Position numbers and translations under genes: made by a program
Shown: one piece after another, positions 1-9,010 of the stretch
Layout of the letters: each line of letters begins with the position of its first letter
Numbering within the stretch: the first letter of the stretch is position 1
Assembly (NCBI GenBank): GCA_965261815.1
Contig: CBDHDR010000002.1
Coordinates: forward strand, 1,223,820-1,255,819
Reading direction: 5' to 3'
From: Dehalococcoidia bacterium
Lineage (GTDB): Bacteria > Chloroflexota > Dehalococcoidia > Lucifugimonadales > CAZENU01
DNA: 32,000 bases
Notes under the pieces: model-generated
Told to the model about the DNA's origin: nothing
What the model saw: the letters and a program-made list of their open reading frames with translations, nothing else
Database searches by the model: none

Positions 1-39
1 GACAACCCCGGGTCCGTCAGGGCGCTGCGACGCCTGGCG

Positions 40-2043
40 ATGGGTTCGCCGGTAGCGTTCCAAGCCTGGATGCGGCGCTTTGGAGACGACCAAACGCATG
101 ATTGGCTGATCGACTCCTTCGCCTCCCTGGCTTTCTGTGACGAATCGGCCGCGCTGGCAGTCCTCCAGATGCCTTTCCTGGACGACGCCGGCGTCGGGGA
201 CTACGTCGAGGCCGGCGATCGTCTCATACTGCGCGGCCTGTCCAGATTGGCCCGGTCCAGCCTGAATGGTCTGAACAGGGTGCTCTCCCATCCTGATTTG
301 CAAGGCGGGATCACCGATAAGTCGACCGCTCTCGTCCTGTTGCTGCTGTTGGAGGACTCGTCAGCCGCCGAGGCGATACGGGCGTTGCCATGGATGGAAG
401 ACGGCATCACGGATGTCGGTGGCGACGAGTGGCCCGGTGGATTCGTCGAAGACGAGACCGCGCACGTCATGGGGCTGATAGATATGGCGCGGCGCGCCAA
501 CCTGTCGTTCTGGGTGTTCGTGGACATCCCCTGGGTGCGAGACGGGTATGACCGGTTCGAGTGGCCCATCATCGCCGATCTCCAGGAGATGGCGCGATTG
601 GACGATGGAGCGACGGCTCGCGTCCTGGGGATGCCGTTCCTGGCGACTCCCGGCTACGGTGACGAGCCCATAACGTCGCTGCTGCTGGAGGTCGCCCGTC
701 GACGTAGTCTCCAGCGGCTTCTGTCCAGCAACTGGCTCGCCGGCGGCATCAGGGAGGGCCAGCTCGCCGCGGTGGCTCTGGCTAACCTGGAGGTGCGGGG
801 CCCCGATGCGGCCGATGCCCTCAATCGCCTCGATTGGCTTCGGGATGGGATCGATCCTTCCGAGCAGGACGTCATTCTCTCCCTGGTCGACGCCGCGATC
901 GATTCACATGCGCTGTTCCCCGCCCTGGTCGCGAGGACCTGGGTACAGGACGGCCTGACGCCGGACGAAAAGAAAGTCGTCGATCTTCTCTCGACGATGG
1001 CGAGCACACCCGCGGCCGGAACGGGCAGAGCAGACGCAGCCACACCACTGCAAATCCTCGACATGTCGTTCCTGGAGGAGATCGAGCCGCTGGATGTCGC
1101 GGCCCTGAGCGCTCTGTCGGCGATCATGCTCTCGTCCGGGAAAGACGCCCTGCAGCTGGTACTGTCCCATCCCGAGCTGCGGGGCGGCATCACGGACGAC
1201 TGGACAGATTTCGTCGCGGTCACGTCGCTGGCGGCGCGGTACCCCGGGCTGTTGGAGATCGTGCTCGACCCGGAGCGAACCTGGGTGGACAAGCAGGTAG
1301 TCGAGCTGCCACTCGCGGGCAAGGTGGGACTGACCGTCGTCGAGTCCAGAGTCAGCGATGAGCAGTACTTTGCCCTGGACGTGGAAGCGCTGTTGGAACC
1401 CATGGATCTTCTGGAGCACGCGTTGCGTACGTACGAAGAGTTCATGGGCGTCGCGTTCCCCAAGAGCGATCTAGTCCTGCTCGTTGCCGATCTCGAGGGC
1501 TTCGGAGGCGGCGAGTACGCCCATGGCGTTATTGGCTCACGCTGGAGGAGCAGCGCAGCCGTAATCGCTCACGAAACAGCGCACCTATGGAACGTCACGC
1601 CCACCTGGCTGGCACGGCCCACCACCTGGATATTCGAAGGCGCTGCAGAATTTCTGGCCTCCATCTCGGAGAGAGCTCGCCGCGGCACGCCGCTCCTCGG
1701 ACCGGAAGACTCGTGCAGCCTGGCCAACAACATCGCCGAATTGGTCAGGGTAGAGGCGGACCCCGACGTAATCTTCAGTTCGGCCTGCAACCACACCCTG
1801 GGGCGAGGCATGTTCCTGGAGCTCTACGACAGCCTGGGGGATACAGCCTTCCGCCAGGGGTTGCGCAACCTGTACCTGATGAGCACCGAGGACGTGGCGG
1901 CGTGGTACGGTCAGAGCACGTGCGGAGGCATAGATGCCGGGTTGTGCCATCTGTCGGCGGCTTTCTTGACCGGCATGGCTCCCGAACACCGCGCAATTGC
2001 CAATGAGATCATTACCCGCAGATATTTCGGAACCTCGCCGTGA
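40..2043 (+). CDS. repeat-containing zinc metallopeptidase (M1-like gluzincin HEXXH...E catalytic module at the C-terminus)
   Basis: 667-aa ORF. The frame is open back to base 1, so the true start may lie upstream of the window. N-terminal two thirds carry recurring W(M/V/L)(E/R/Q)DG(I/Y/L)(T/D) and HP(D/E)L(Q/R)GGITD motifs. C-terminus has IAHETAHLWN followed 17 residues later by WIFEGAAEF, the HEXXH + E gluzincin pattern. Confidence 0.6.
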   Translation: MGSPVAFQAWMRRFGDDQTHDWLIDSFASLAFCDESAALAVLQMPFLDDAGVGDYVEAGDRLILRGLSRLARSSLNGLNRVLSHPDLQGGITDKSTALVLLLLLEDSSAAEAIRALPWMEDGITDVGGDEWPGGFVEDETAHVMGLIDMARRANLSFWVFVDIPWVRDGYDRFEWPIIADLQEMARLDDGATARVLGMPFLATPGYGDEPITSLLLEVARRRSLQRLLSSNWLAGGIREGQLAAVALANLEVRGPDAADALNRLDWLRDGIDPSEQDVILSLVDAAIDSHALFPALVARTWVQDGLTPDEKKVVDLLSTMASTPAAGTGRADAATPLQILDMSFLEEIEPLDVAALSALSAIMLSSGKDALQLVLSHPELRGGITDDWTDFVAVTSLAARYPGLLEIVLDPERTWVDKQVVELPLAGKVGLTVVESRVSDEQYFALDVEALLEPMDLLEHALRTYEEFMGVAFPKSDLVLLVADLEGFGGGEYAHGVIGSRWRSSAAVIAHETAHLWNVTPTWLARPTTWIFEGAAEFLASISERARRGTPLLGPEDSCSLANNIAELVRVEADPDVIFSSACNHTLGRGMFLELYDSLGDTAFRQGLRNLYLMSTEDVAAWYGQSTCGGIDAGLCHLSAAFLTGMAPEHRAIANEIITRRYFGTSP

Positions 2044-2154
2044 GCTGCTTCGCCGCCCCACTCGTGGGCCGCGCGGCCGTCGTCGGTCAGCACCCAACGG
2101 GGTACACTGGGGCATGATGGCGACTCCACACGGCGAGGCGAGGCGGGGCGTAGC

Positions 2155-3915
2155 GTGAACAACTCCGAGATAGCCGAGGTCTTCCAGGACATCGCGGGCC
2201 TGCTCGAGATGAAGGGCGAGAAGCGCTTCACGGTCGTCGCCTACCAGCGGGCCGCCCGCGCCCTCGGCCACCATCCATCCGACATCGAGCAGGCGGTCCG
2301 GCACGGCGCCGACCTGACCGAGATACCGGGCGTGGGCAAGGCCATCGCCGCCAAGACTACCGAGCTGGTGACGACGGGCCGGATGGCGTACTTCGAGCGG
2401 CTGCGCGCCGAGTTCCCCGACGGCATCCTGGACGTCATGCGGGTGCCCGGCATCGGGCCGAAGACGGCCAAGCTGATCAGCGACGAGCTCGGCGTCTCCA
2501 CCGTCGCCGACCTGGAGAAGGCCGTAGAGGCGGGGCAGCTCGCCGAGCTTCCCAGGATGGGCCGGAAGAAGGCCGACAACGTCCTGCGGGAGATACGCGC
2601 GGCGCGGACCAAGGACGACCGCGTCCCGATCGCCCGTGCGATGCCGGCGGCCGAGCGGCTGATCGCAGCGCTGCGGGAACGCTGCCCGAGCATCACCGCG
2701 CTGCGGGCGGCGGGCAGCCTGCGCCGCTTCGAGGAGACGATCGGCCACATCGACCTGGTGTGCGCCGCCGGGGACCCGCAGCACGTGCTCGACACGCTGG
2801 TCGAGCAGCCGAACGTCGCGACCGTGCTGGTGCATGGCGACACGAAGGCCGCCGTCGTGCTGAGCGAGGGGGTGCAGGTCGACCTGCGCGTCGTCGAGGC
2901 GTCCAGCTTCGGCGCGCTGCTCGCGTACTCCACCGGCAACCGGCAGCACAACATCCTGCTGCGCGAACACGCCCTGAGGCTGGGACTCTCGCTCAACGAG
3001 TACGGGCTCACCGACGTCGAGAGCGGCGAGCTGGAGCGCTTCGCTGACGAGGAGGCGCTGTACGAACGCCTCGGCCTCCAGTACGTCGCCCCCGAGCTCC
3101 GACAGGGGATGGACGAGATCAAGATGGCCGCCGCGATGGAGCTTCCCAGGCTCGTCGAGGTCGGAGACCTGCGCGGCGACCTGCACGTGCACACCGACTG
3201 GAGCGACGGGCGGGACGACGTCGAGCTCATGGTGGTCGGGGCCAAAGACAGAGGCTACGAGTACGTCGCGATCACCGACCACTCCTCGGGACGCGGCATC
3301 GCCAACGGGCTGACCGAAGAGCGGCTCGTCGCGCATGCCGGGGAGCTTCGGCGCGTCGAGGAGAGCGTGGGCGGCATCAGGGTGCTGAAGGGTACCGAGG
3401 TCGACATCCGGGCCGACGGGACGGTCGACTACGCGGACGACGTCCTGACCGAGCTCGACTGGGTCGTGGCGTCCGTGCACTCGGGACGCGGCCAGTCGTC
3501 GGCGGTCATGACCGACCGCATCATCCGGGCCATGCACAATCCGCACGTGACCGCCATCGGGCACCTGTCAACGCGGCTGATCGGACAGCGCGACCCCATA
3601 GACGCCGACTACGAAGCCCTCTTCCGCGCGGCCGCCGAGACCGGCACCGTTCTGGAGGTCAACGCGTCGCCGGAGCGGCTCGACCTGAAGGACACGCACG
3701 CGCGGCGCGCCGCGGACATCGGCGCGTTCCTGGCCGTCGCCAGCGACGCCCACACGGTTGATACGCTGGCCAACCAGCGGTATGGTATCGGTGTCGCCCG
3801 GCGCGCCCGGTGCGAGGTGCGGCACGTCGTCAACACGCTGCCGGTGGCCGAGTTCGTGAGTTTCCTCGGCCTGCCGAAGTCGAAGAGGAGCCGGTTCATG
3901 GCGGAGCGCGGTTAG
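2155..3915 (+). CDS. polX: family X DNA polymerase with C-terminal PHP phosphoesterase domain (PolX)
   Basis: GTG start. N-terminus MNNSEIAEVFQDIAGLLEMKGEKRFTVVAYQRAARAL and helix-hairpin-helix GVGKAIA / GIGPKTA are typical of Pol beta-like PolX. C-terminal HVHTDWSDG...ITDH...SDAH is a PHP metal-binding pattern. Confidence 0.9.
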   Translation: MNNSEIAEVFQDIAGLLEMKGEKRFTVVAYQRAARALGHHPSDIEQAVRHGADLTEIPGVGKAIAAKTTELVTTGRMAYFERLRAEFPDGILDVMRVPGIGPKTAKLISDELGVSTVADLEKAVEAGQLAELPRMGRKKADNVLREIRAARTKDDRVPIARAMPAAERLIAALRERCPSITALRAAGSLRRFEETIGHIDLVCAAGDPQHVLDTLVEQPNVATVLVHGDTKAAVVLSEGVQVDLRVVEASSFGALLAYSTGNRQHNILLREHALRLGLSLNEYGLTDVESGELERFADEEALYERLGLQYVAPELRQGMDEIKMAAAMELPRLVEVGDLRGDLHVHTDWSDGRDDVELMVVGAKDRGYEYVAITDHSSGRGIANGLTEERLVAHAGELRRVEESVGGIRVLKGTEVDIRADGTVDYADDVLTELDWVVASVHSGRGQSSAVMTDRIIRAMHNPHVTAIGHLSTRLIGQRDPIDADYEALFRAAAETGTVLEVNASPERLDLKDTHARRAADIGAFLAVASDAHTVDTLANQRYGIGVARRARCEVRHVVNTLPVAEFVSFLGLPKSKRSRFMAERG

Positions 3916-3916
3916 A

Positions 3917-4648
3917 GTGACCACGGTCAGTACAGATGCCCCGACCGCCAGTCAGGCGGCCATAGACCACCTGCGCGACGCGTTGGAGGCGGGCCTCGAC
4001 TGGCCGGAGCCGCTGCTGCAGGCGATGTCGATTTGGACCCTCCCCGAAGAGTCGTACCGCGGCCGGGTCAACACGTACTTCATCGCCGGCGAGGCGTTCG
4101 ACTGGCTGCTGCTCGCCGAGCGTCTTATCGACGCCGCCAAGAAACACGTCCCGGAGTCGGAAAAAGAGGCCCTGCTCTTCCACGGCCGCTTCCCGGCGCA
4201 CTTCGACGCGTCCCAGCTCGGCGGCCTGCTCGGCGTCGACAAGTACCGTGGCTATCTCAACTACCACTACGGCGTCACGGTCGAGGAGGCCCTACAGCTC
4301 ACCGCGGAGCTGGAGCTGCAGAAGCGCGACGTGGCGAACGGCCTCACGGACCGCGACGACTACACCGAGAACGCGTTTCGGAAGCTGTACAGGGCGCCAA
4401 GGAGCGAGCTGCTGAAGGAGTTCCGGCGGGAGAGGGGCGCGGCCAACCGCCGGTCGATCGGGGTGACTGAGTCGAAGGCGTTCACGTATTGGCTGTTCAA
4501 GCGGCGCCTGCGGGTCTCGGACAAGCCCAGGGTCGCCAGCGATACGAGAAAGGGTCTGGAGCAGCTTCGCCGCATGGCGAGGACGCCTCCCGCGCATCTC
4601 CCCGCGGCAGAGCATCGGACAGCGCCTGTTCACGCCCACGTTGGATAG
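3917..4648 (+). CDS. hypothetical protein, tightly coupled to polX
   Basis: 243-aa ORF. GTG start lies 1 nt after the polX stop (TAG 3913-3915). No family motif recognised by eye. Basic C-terminal tail. Confidence 0.5.
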   Translation: MTTVSTDAPTASQAAIDHLRDALEAGLDWPEPLLQAMSIWTLPEESYRGRVNTYFIAGEAFDWLLLAERLIDAAKKHVPESEKEALLFHGRFPAHFDASQLGGLLGVDKYRGYLNYHYGVTVEEALQLTAELELQKRDVANGLTDRDDYTENAFRKLYRAPRSELLKEFRRERGAANRRSIGVTESKAFTYWLFKRRLRVSDKPRVASDTRKGLEQLRRMARTPPAHLPAAEHRTAPVHAHVG

Positions 4649-4663
4649 CGGCTCGATTTACGC

Positions 4664-6886
4664 ATGGCGATGAACATCCTCGACGGCCTGAACCCGATGC
4701 AGCGCGCGGCCGTCACAACCATCGACGGCCCGCTGCTGATCAACGCGGGGCCGGGCAGCGGCAAGACCAGAGTCATCACTCACCGCATCGCATACCTCGT
4801 CCGCGACTGCGGCGTCTATCCCTACCGTATCGCCGCCGTGACGTTCACCAACAAGGCGGCACGCGAGATGCGCGACCGCCTTCGGCCCCTGCTCGGCGAG
4901 GACGCGGAGCGTCTTACCGTCGCGACGTTTCACGCCTTCTGCGCCACCGTGCTGCGCAGCGCGGGCGACCGGATCGGGCTGGACCGGAGCTTCGTCATCT
5001 ACGACGACACGGACCAGATCGCGATGGTCAAGCGCGCCATGGAAGACGCCGGCGTGGACCCCAAGACGTTCGCTCCCAGGGCGATCCTGTCCGCCATCTC
5101 GGGCGCAAAAAGCAAGCTGCTCGACGCTGAGGCCTTCCGACTGGCACAGGAGAACCCCTACGACGAGATCGTCCACCGGGTGTACGACGCCTACGAACGG
5201 CACCTGGCGCAGAGCTCCGCCGTCGACTTCGACGACCTGCTGCTGAAGGTCTACCGGCTGTTTCACGACGTCCCGGAAGTGGCGGAGCGGTACCAGCGCC
5301 GGTACGCCCACTTCATGGTCGACGAGTTCCAGGACACCAACGTGGTCCAGTACGCCATCGCCAAGAAGATATCGGAGGTGAACAGGAACCTGTGCGTGGT
5401 CGGCGACCCCGACCAGTCGATCTACTCCTGGCGCAACGCGGACATCCGCAACATCCTCAGCTTCAAGCACGACTATCCCGAGGCCAAGGTGATCGCGCTG
5501 GAGGAGAACTACCGGTCGACCCAGACGATCCTCGACGCGGCCCAGGCGCTGATCTCGTCCAACGAGCAGCGCGTGGAAAAGGAGCTGTGGACCAGCAACG
5601 GCCGGGGCGAACCCATCACAATTGGCGAGGGCTACAACGAGGCCGAGGAGGCCCGCATGGCCGTCGGGGAGCTCGACCGGCTGGTCCAGGACGAGGGCTA
5701 CCGCCTCGGCGACGCAGCGATCATGTACCGCGTGAACGCCCAGTCCAGGGCCTTCGAGGAAGCGTGTCTCCGCCACGGCGTGCCGTACCAGCTCGTGGGC
5801 AGCGTGCGGTTCTACCAGCGCCAGGAGATCAAGGACGTCACGGCCTATCTGCGGCTGGTCGCCAACCCGCACGACGACGCCGGCTTCGCCAGGGTGGTCA
5901 ACGTCCCGGCCCGCGGTATCGGACAGCGGACCCAGGACGAGCTGACGAGGCTGGCCCGCGACACCGGCACGTCCCTGTTCGACGCGGTAGGCGCACTCGC
6001 GGGCGACGCCGCCGCTGCGTTCGCGACAAGGTCGGCGGGGGCGCTGACCAAGTTCCGCGAGATGATCGAAGGGCTCGCCGGGGACAGCGCGGACCTCGAC
6101 CTCGTCGAGATCGTCGACGAGGTGTTGGAGCGGACCGGCTACAAGAGGTTCGTGCAGGGGCAGGACGAGAGGGCCGAGGAGCGCTGGGAGAACATCATGG
6201 AGCTCAGAAGCTCCGCCAAGGACTTCCTGACCCTCGGACGCGGCAGGGACGCGCTGTCGGCGTTCCTGGAGAGCGTTGCGCTGGTGAGCGACACCGACAA
6301 TCTGGAAGACGCGGCAGACGCGGTGACCCTGATCACGCTACACCAGGCCAAGGGGTTGGAATTCCGGGCCGTGTTCATAGTCGGCATGGAGGAGGGCCTG
6401 CTGCCGCACATCCGCTCGCTGGAGGACGAGGCCGAGATGGAGGAGGAGCGCCGGCTGGCCTACGTGGGCGTCACGAGGGCCAAGGAGCGTCTGTACCTGC
6501 TGCGGGCCTTCAGGCGGGGCTTCCGGGGGATGTCGGGGCCCAGCCTGCCCTCGCGGTTCCTCGCCGACATACCGCGCCGGCTGGTCGCGCGAGAGCCCCG
6601 AAGAGCTCCGACCTCGGCTGCTGCGGCCGGCCGCTCCCGGAAGCGCCCGGCGGCGCCCGCGGCGGGCGTCGGTCGGCTGCCACTGGAGACGGCCGCGTCG
6701 GGAACGCCGGACGCCAAGCCGCACCTGGGCACTGGCGACAAAGTCAGGCACGCGAAGTTCGGCGAAGGCATCGTCACGGGGGCCAAGCCCACGCACGGCG
6801 ACATCGAGGTGACGGTCGCGTTCGCGAACGGCAACGGGATCAAACGCCTGCTGCTGAGCATCGCGCCGTTGGAGAAGGTCGGATAG
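4664..6886 (+). CDS. pcrA: ATP-dependent DNA helicase PcrA/UvrD (SF1)
   Basis: LNPMQRAAV...AGPGSGKTRVITHRIAYL (motif I), VDEFQDTN (motif II), ENYRST, TLHQAKGLEF, YVGVTRAKERLYL. C-terminal GDKVRHAKFGEGIV Tudor-like tail. Confidence 0.93.
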   Translation: MAMNILDGLNPMQRAAVTTIDGPLLINAGPGSGKTRVITHRIAYLVRDCGVYPYRIAAVTFTNKAAREMRDRLRPLLGEDAERLTVATFHAFCATVLRSAGDRIGLDRSFVIYDDTDQIAMVKRAMEDAGVDPKTFAPRAILSAISGAKSKLLDAEAFRLAQENPYDEIVHRVYDAYERHLAQSSAVDFDDLLLKVYRLFHDVPEVAERYQRRYAHFMVDEFQDTNVVQYAIAKKISEVNRNLCVVGDPDQSIYSWRNADIRNILSFKHDYPEAKVIALEENYRSTQTILDAAQALISSNEQRVEKELWTSNGRGEPITIGEGYNEAEEARMAVGELDRLVQDEGYRLGDAAIMYRVNAQSRAFEEACLRHGVPYQLVGSVRFYQRQEIKDVTAYLRLVANPHDDAGFARVVNVPARGIGQRTQDELTRLARDTGTSLFDAVGALAGDAAAAFATRSAGALTKFREMIEGLAGDSADLDLVEIVDEVLERTGYKRFVQGQDERAEERWENIMELRSSAKDFLTLGRGRDALSAFLESVALVSDTDNLEDAADAVTLITLHQAKGLEFRAVFIVGMEEGLLPHIRSLEDEAEMEEERRLAYVGVTRAKERLYLLRAFRRGFRGMSGPSLPSRFLADIPRRLVAREPRRAPTSAAAAGRSRKRPAAPAAGVGRLPLETAASGTPDAKPHLGTGDKVRHAKFGEGIVTGAKPTHGDIEVTVAFANGNGIKRLLLSIAPLEKVG

Positions 6887-6926
6887 TGCCGGCCGCACTT
6901 CCAGATAGGGAGCACGTCCAGGGACA

Positions 6927-7382
6927 ATGACCGAGCAGTCCGCAGTCACAGACGCGATGCGCCGGGCCGTCGGCGTGGAGAGCGAGCCGAAGACGCACCC
7001 GGTCGAGGCGTACGCGGTCCGGAAGTTCGCCGACGCGATCGGCGACCCGCGTCCCGCGTACCGCGGCGATGCGTCGGCCGCAGCCGTCGCCCCGCCGACC
7101 TTCCTGAGATCGTTGGACGCGGGCCCAGCCGCCGCAGACTTCGAGAGCCCCTACCCTGACCTGCTCGACGGCGGCAGCGAGTGGGAGTACTTCCGGCCGG
7201 TCCGCGCCGGCGACAGGATCACCGTGACCCAGACGCTGGTCGACATCGCCGAGAAGTCGGGCCGGCTCGGGCCGATGCTCCTCACGACCTGGCAGACCCG
7301 GTACGTCGACGACGGCGGCGCCACTGTCGCCACCCAGCGCAACACACTGGTCTACTACCGCGCCGAGCGGAACGGCACGTGA
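6927..7382 (+). CDS. MaoC-like/FAS1-like dehydratase N-terminal-type hotdog subunit
   Basis: 151 aa. YAVRKFADAIGDP...PPTF...GDRITV pattern as in HadA-like non-catalytic hotdog subunits. Immediately precedes its partner gene. Confidence 0.7.
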   Translation: MTEQSAVTDAMRRAVGVESEPKTHPVEAYAVRKFADAIGDPRPAYRGDASAAAVAPPTFLRSLDAGPAAADFESPYPDLLDGGSEWEYFRPVRAGDRITVTQTLVDIAEKSGRLGPMLLTTWQTRYVDDGGATVATQRNTLVYYRAERNGT

Positions 7383-7387
7383 CGTCG

Positions 7388-7852
7388 ATGGAGGAGGAAG
7401 TCGGCTTTCAGCGGCCCATGACCGATCAGCTTCACTACGACGACGTGGCGGAGGGCGACGCGCTCCCCGCGCTGGAGAAGACGCCCACGACGCGGCAGCT
7501 CGTTATGTACGCGGGCGCGTCCGGCGACTACTACGAGATCCACTACGATCAGGACTACGCGCGGTCGCTCGGGCTGCCGGGCGTCATCGTCCACGGCGCC
7601 CTGAAGTCCGCGTTCCTGGCGCAGCTCGTTACCGACTGGATGGGCGAGCGCGGTGCGTTGAAGCGCCTCAGCGTGCAGTACCGCGGCATGGACATGGTCG
7701 GCCAGTCGATGCGCTGCGCGGGCACCGTCGCCTCCAAGCGCGTAGAGAACGGCGAGCACCTTGTCGAGTGCGACCTCTGGACGGAGAACCCATCCGGCGA
7801 CAAGACCACCCTCGGCTCGGCGCTGGTATCGCTCCCGCCGGACCCGCGGTAG
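7388..7852 (+). CDS. MaoC family (R)-specific enoyl-CoA hydratase/dehydratase hotdog subunit
   Basis: YAGASGDYYEIHYDQDYARSLGLPGVIVHGAL is the MaoC hydratase motif. ATG at 7388. An alternative GTG at 7379 overlaps the upstream stop (GTGA), suggesting translational coupling. Confidence 0.8.
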   Translation: MEEEVGFQRPMTDQLHYDDVAEGDALPALEKTPTTRQLVMYAGASGDYYEIHYDQDYARSLGLPGVIVHGALKSAFLAQLVTDWMGERGALKRLSVQYRGMDMVGQSMRCAGTVASKRVENGEHLVECDLWTENPSGDKTTLGSALVSLPPDPR

Positions 7853-7873
7853 TTCCCCGCTCGAGGAGATCCG

Positions 7874-8638
7874 ATGGCCGGCAGATTCCTACCCGGCGTT
7901 CCCGGCCCTCAGGTCGAGGAGATGTACCATAACGCTCCGGGCAACGAGATAGAAAAGGGGAAGTTCGACCACCCCGAGTCGTCCGCACGCCTTGCCGCCA
8001 ACGCCTTTGGATTCTTCATCAATCGCCCCGAGGACATGCCCCCGCTTCCGGGCTGCGAGCACGAAGAGTGGCCTGCGACAGCCGTGGCTCTCGAACAGAC
8101 GGTGCGCTTCCCGTGGCGCGGAGGACGCCATCCCGTCCTGGACGTTCTCGTGACCACGCCGTCGGCGCTCATCGGTATCGAGTCGAAGAGGTTCGAGCCA
8201 TTTAGGCGGCGCCAAGCTTTCTCCAAGGCTTACTGGCGGCCGGAGTGGGGCGACCGCATGACGCGCTACGAGCGGATCAGAGACAGACTCGACGACGAGG
8301 AAGTCAAGGACAAGAGCCTTGACGCGGCGCAACTGGTCAAACACGCGCTGGCCCTGCGAACCCAGGTAAGCTCTGGGGGCACGCACGAAGGACTGACGCC
8401 CATCCTCTTCTATGTCTACGCCGAGCCGGAGGTTTGGCCCGGAAACGGCAAGCCGGTGGACGAAGAAGCGATAGCCGGTCACAGAACACAGATCGAAGCG
8501 TTCGCGGAGAACGTCGCTGGCGACGAGGTGAGATTTGTCCACTGCGCGTACCGCAGGCTGCTGGACAGCTGGAAGGAGTCGGGCGCGCCTGACATTCGGG
8601 CGCATGCGGAAGCCCTGCTGCAGTGTTTCTCCCCCTGA
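7874..8638 (+). CDS. hypothetical protein with PD-(D/E)XK nuclease-like motif
   Basis: 254 aa, GAGGAG RBS 5 nt upstream. HPVLDVLVTTPSALIGIESKRFE gives D-x12-E-x-K. N-terminal SSARLAANAFGFF resembles restriction-endonuclease-fold proteins. No adjacent methyltransferase. Confidence 0.5.
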   Translation: MAGRFLPGVPGPQVEEMYHNAPGNEIEKGKFDHPESSARLAANAFGFFINRPEDMPPLPGCEHEEWPATAVALEQTVRFPWRGGRHPVLDVLVTTPSALIGIESKRFEPFRRRQAFSKAYWRPEWGDRMTRYERIRDRLDDEEVKDKSLDAAQLVKHALALRTQVSSGGTHEGLTPILFYVYAEPEVWPGNGKPVDEEAIAGHRTQIEAFAENVAGDEVRFVHCAYRRLLDSWKESGAPDIRAHAEALLQCFSP

Positions 8639-8664
8639 TACAAGGAGCTTGACAACGTGGCTGC

Positions 8665-8673
8665 TGGTATACT
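8665..8673 (+). promoter_or_regulatory. candidate extended -10 promoter (TGgTATACT) for the 82-aa gene
   Basis: TGGTATACT at 8665-8673, about 58 nt upstream of ATG 8732. The upstream TTGACA (8649-8654) is only 13 nt away, so it is not a canonical -35. Confidence 0.35.
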
Positions 8674-8731
8674 CGACCTCCCATCGACGGGCTTGGCCGT
8701 TGCATGACGTGAACATGGGAAGGAGAGAACC

Positions 8732-8980
8732 ATGACCACGCTCAGCAGTCAGATAGCCGCATACGAAGAGATGCGCGACGTCTTGGAGGTCGACCACTTC
8801 GGAAAGTGGGTCGTCTTCTATGGTGGGGACCTCGTGGATACGTACGGGTCGTCCGAGGAGGCCGCCGTGGACGCCGTCCGCCGATTCGGCCGCGGGCCAT
8901 ACCTGATCAGGCAGGTAGGCGCTCCCCCTGTCAGGCTGCCAGCCTCTGTATGGTTTCGGCCGGCGGATGCCACCAACTAG
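8732..8980 (+). CDS. small hypothetical protein (DUF5678-like / antitoxin-like fold suspected)
   Basis: 82 aa, GGAAGGAGAG RBS. The core GKWVVFYGGDLVDTYGSSEEAAVDAVRRFGRGPYLIRQVG resembles small 'GKWVAI...' proteins. Confidence 0.5.
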   Translation: MTTLSSQIAAYEEMRDVLEVDHFGKWVVFYGGDLVDTYGSSEEAAVDAVRRFGRGPYLIRQVGAPPVRLPASVWFRPADATN

Positions 8981-9010
8981 CACCGGGTACTTAGGCCCAA
9001 GGAGGCCGAC

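Noticed and set aside
1585-3564. Very long antisense or off-frame ORFs in the supplied track. Examples: 1585..3564(-), 4658..5872(-), 5392..6930(+), 7889..9847(-), 17389..18957(-), 17901..20087 N-terminal part, 18699..20114(-), 21617..23281(-), 22117..23406(+), 26302..27903(+).
   Set aside because: Each overlaps a gene with strong family motifs on another frame or strand. Their products are Arg/Gly/Pro/Ala-rich low-complexity strings with no motifs. This is typical of stop-codon-poor shadow frames in about 70% GC DNA.
8649-8654. Perfect TTGACA upstream of the 82-aa gene as a -35 element.
   Set aside because: It lies only 13 nt from the TATACT -10, outside the 16-19 nt window. The promoter call rests on the extended -10 instead.
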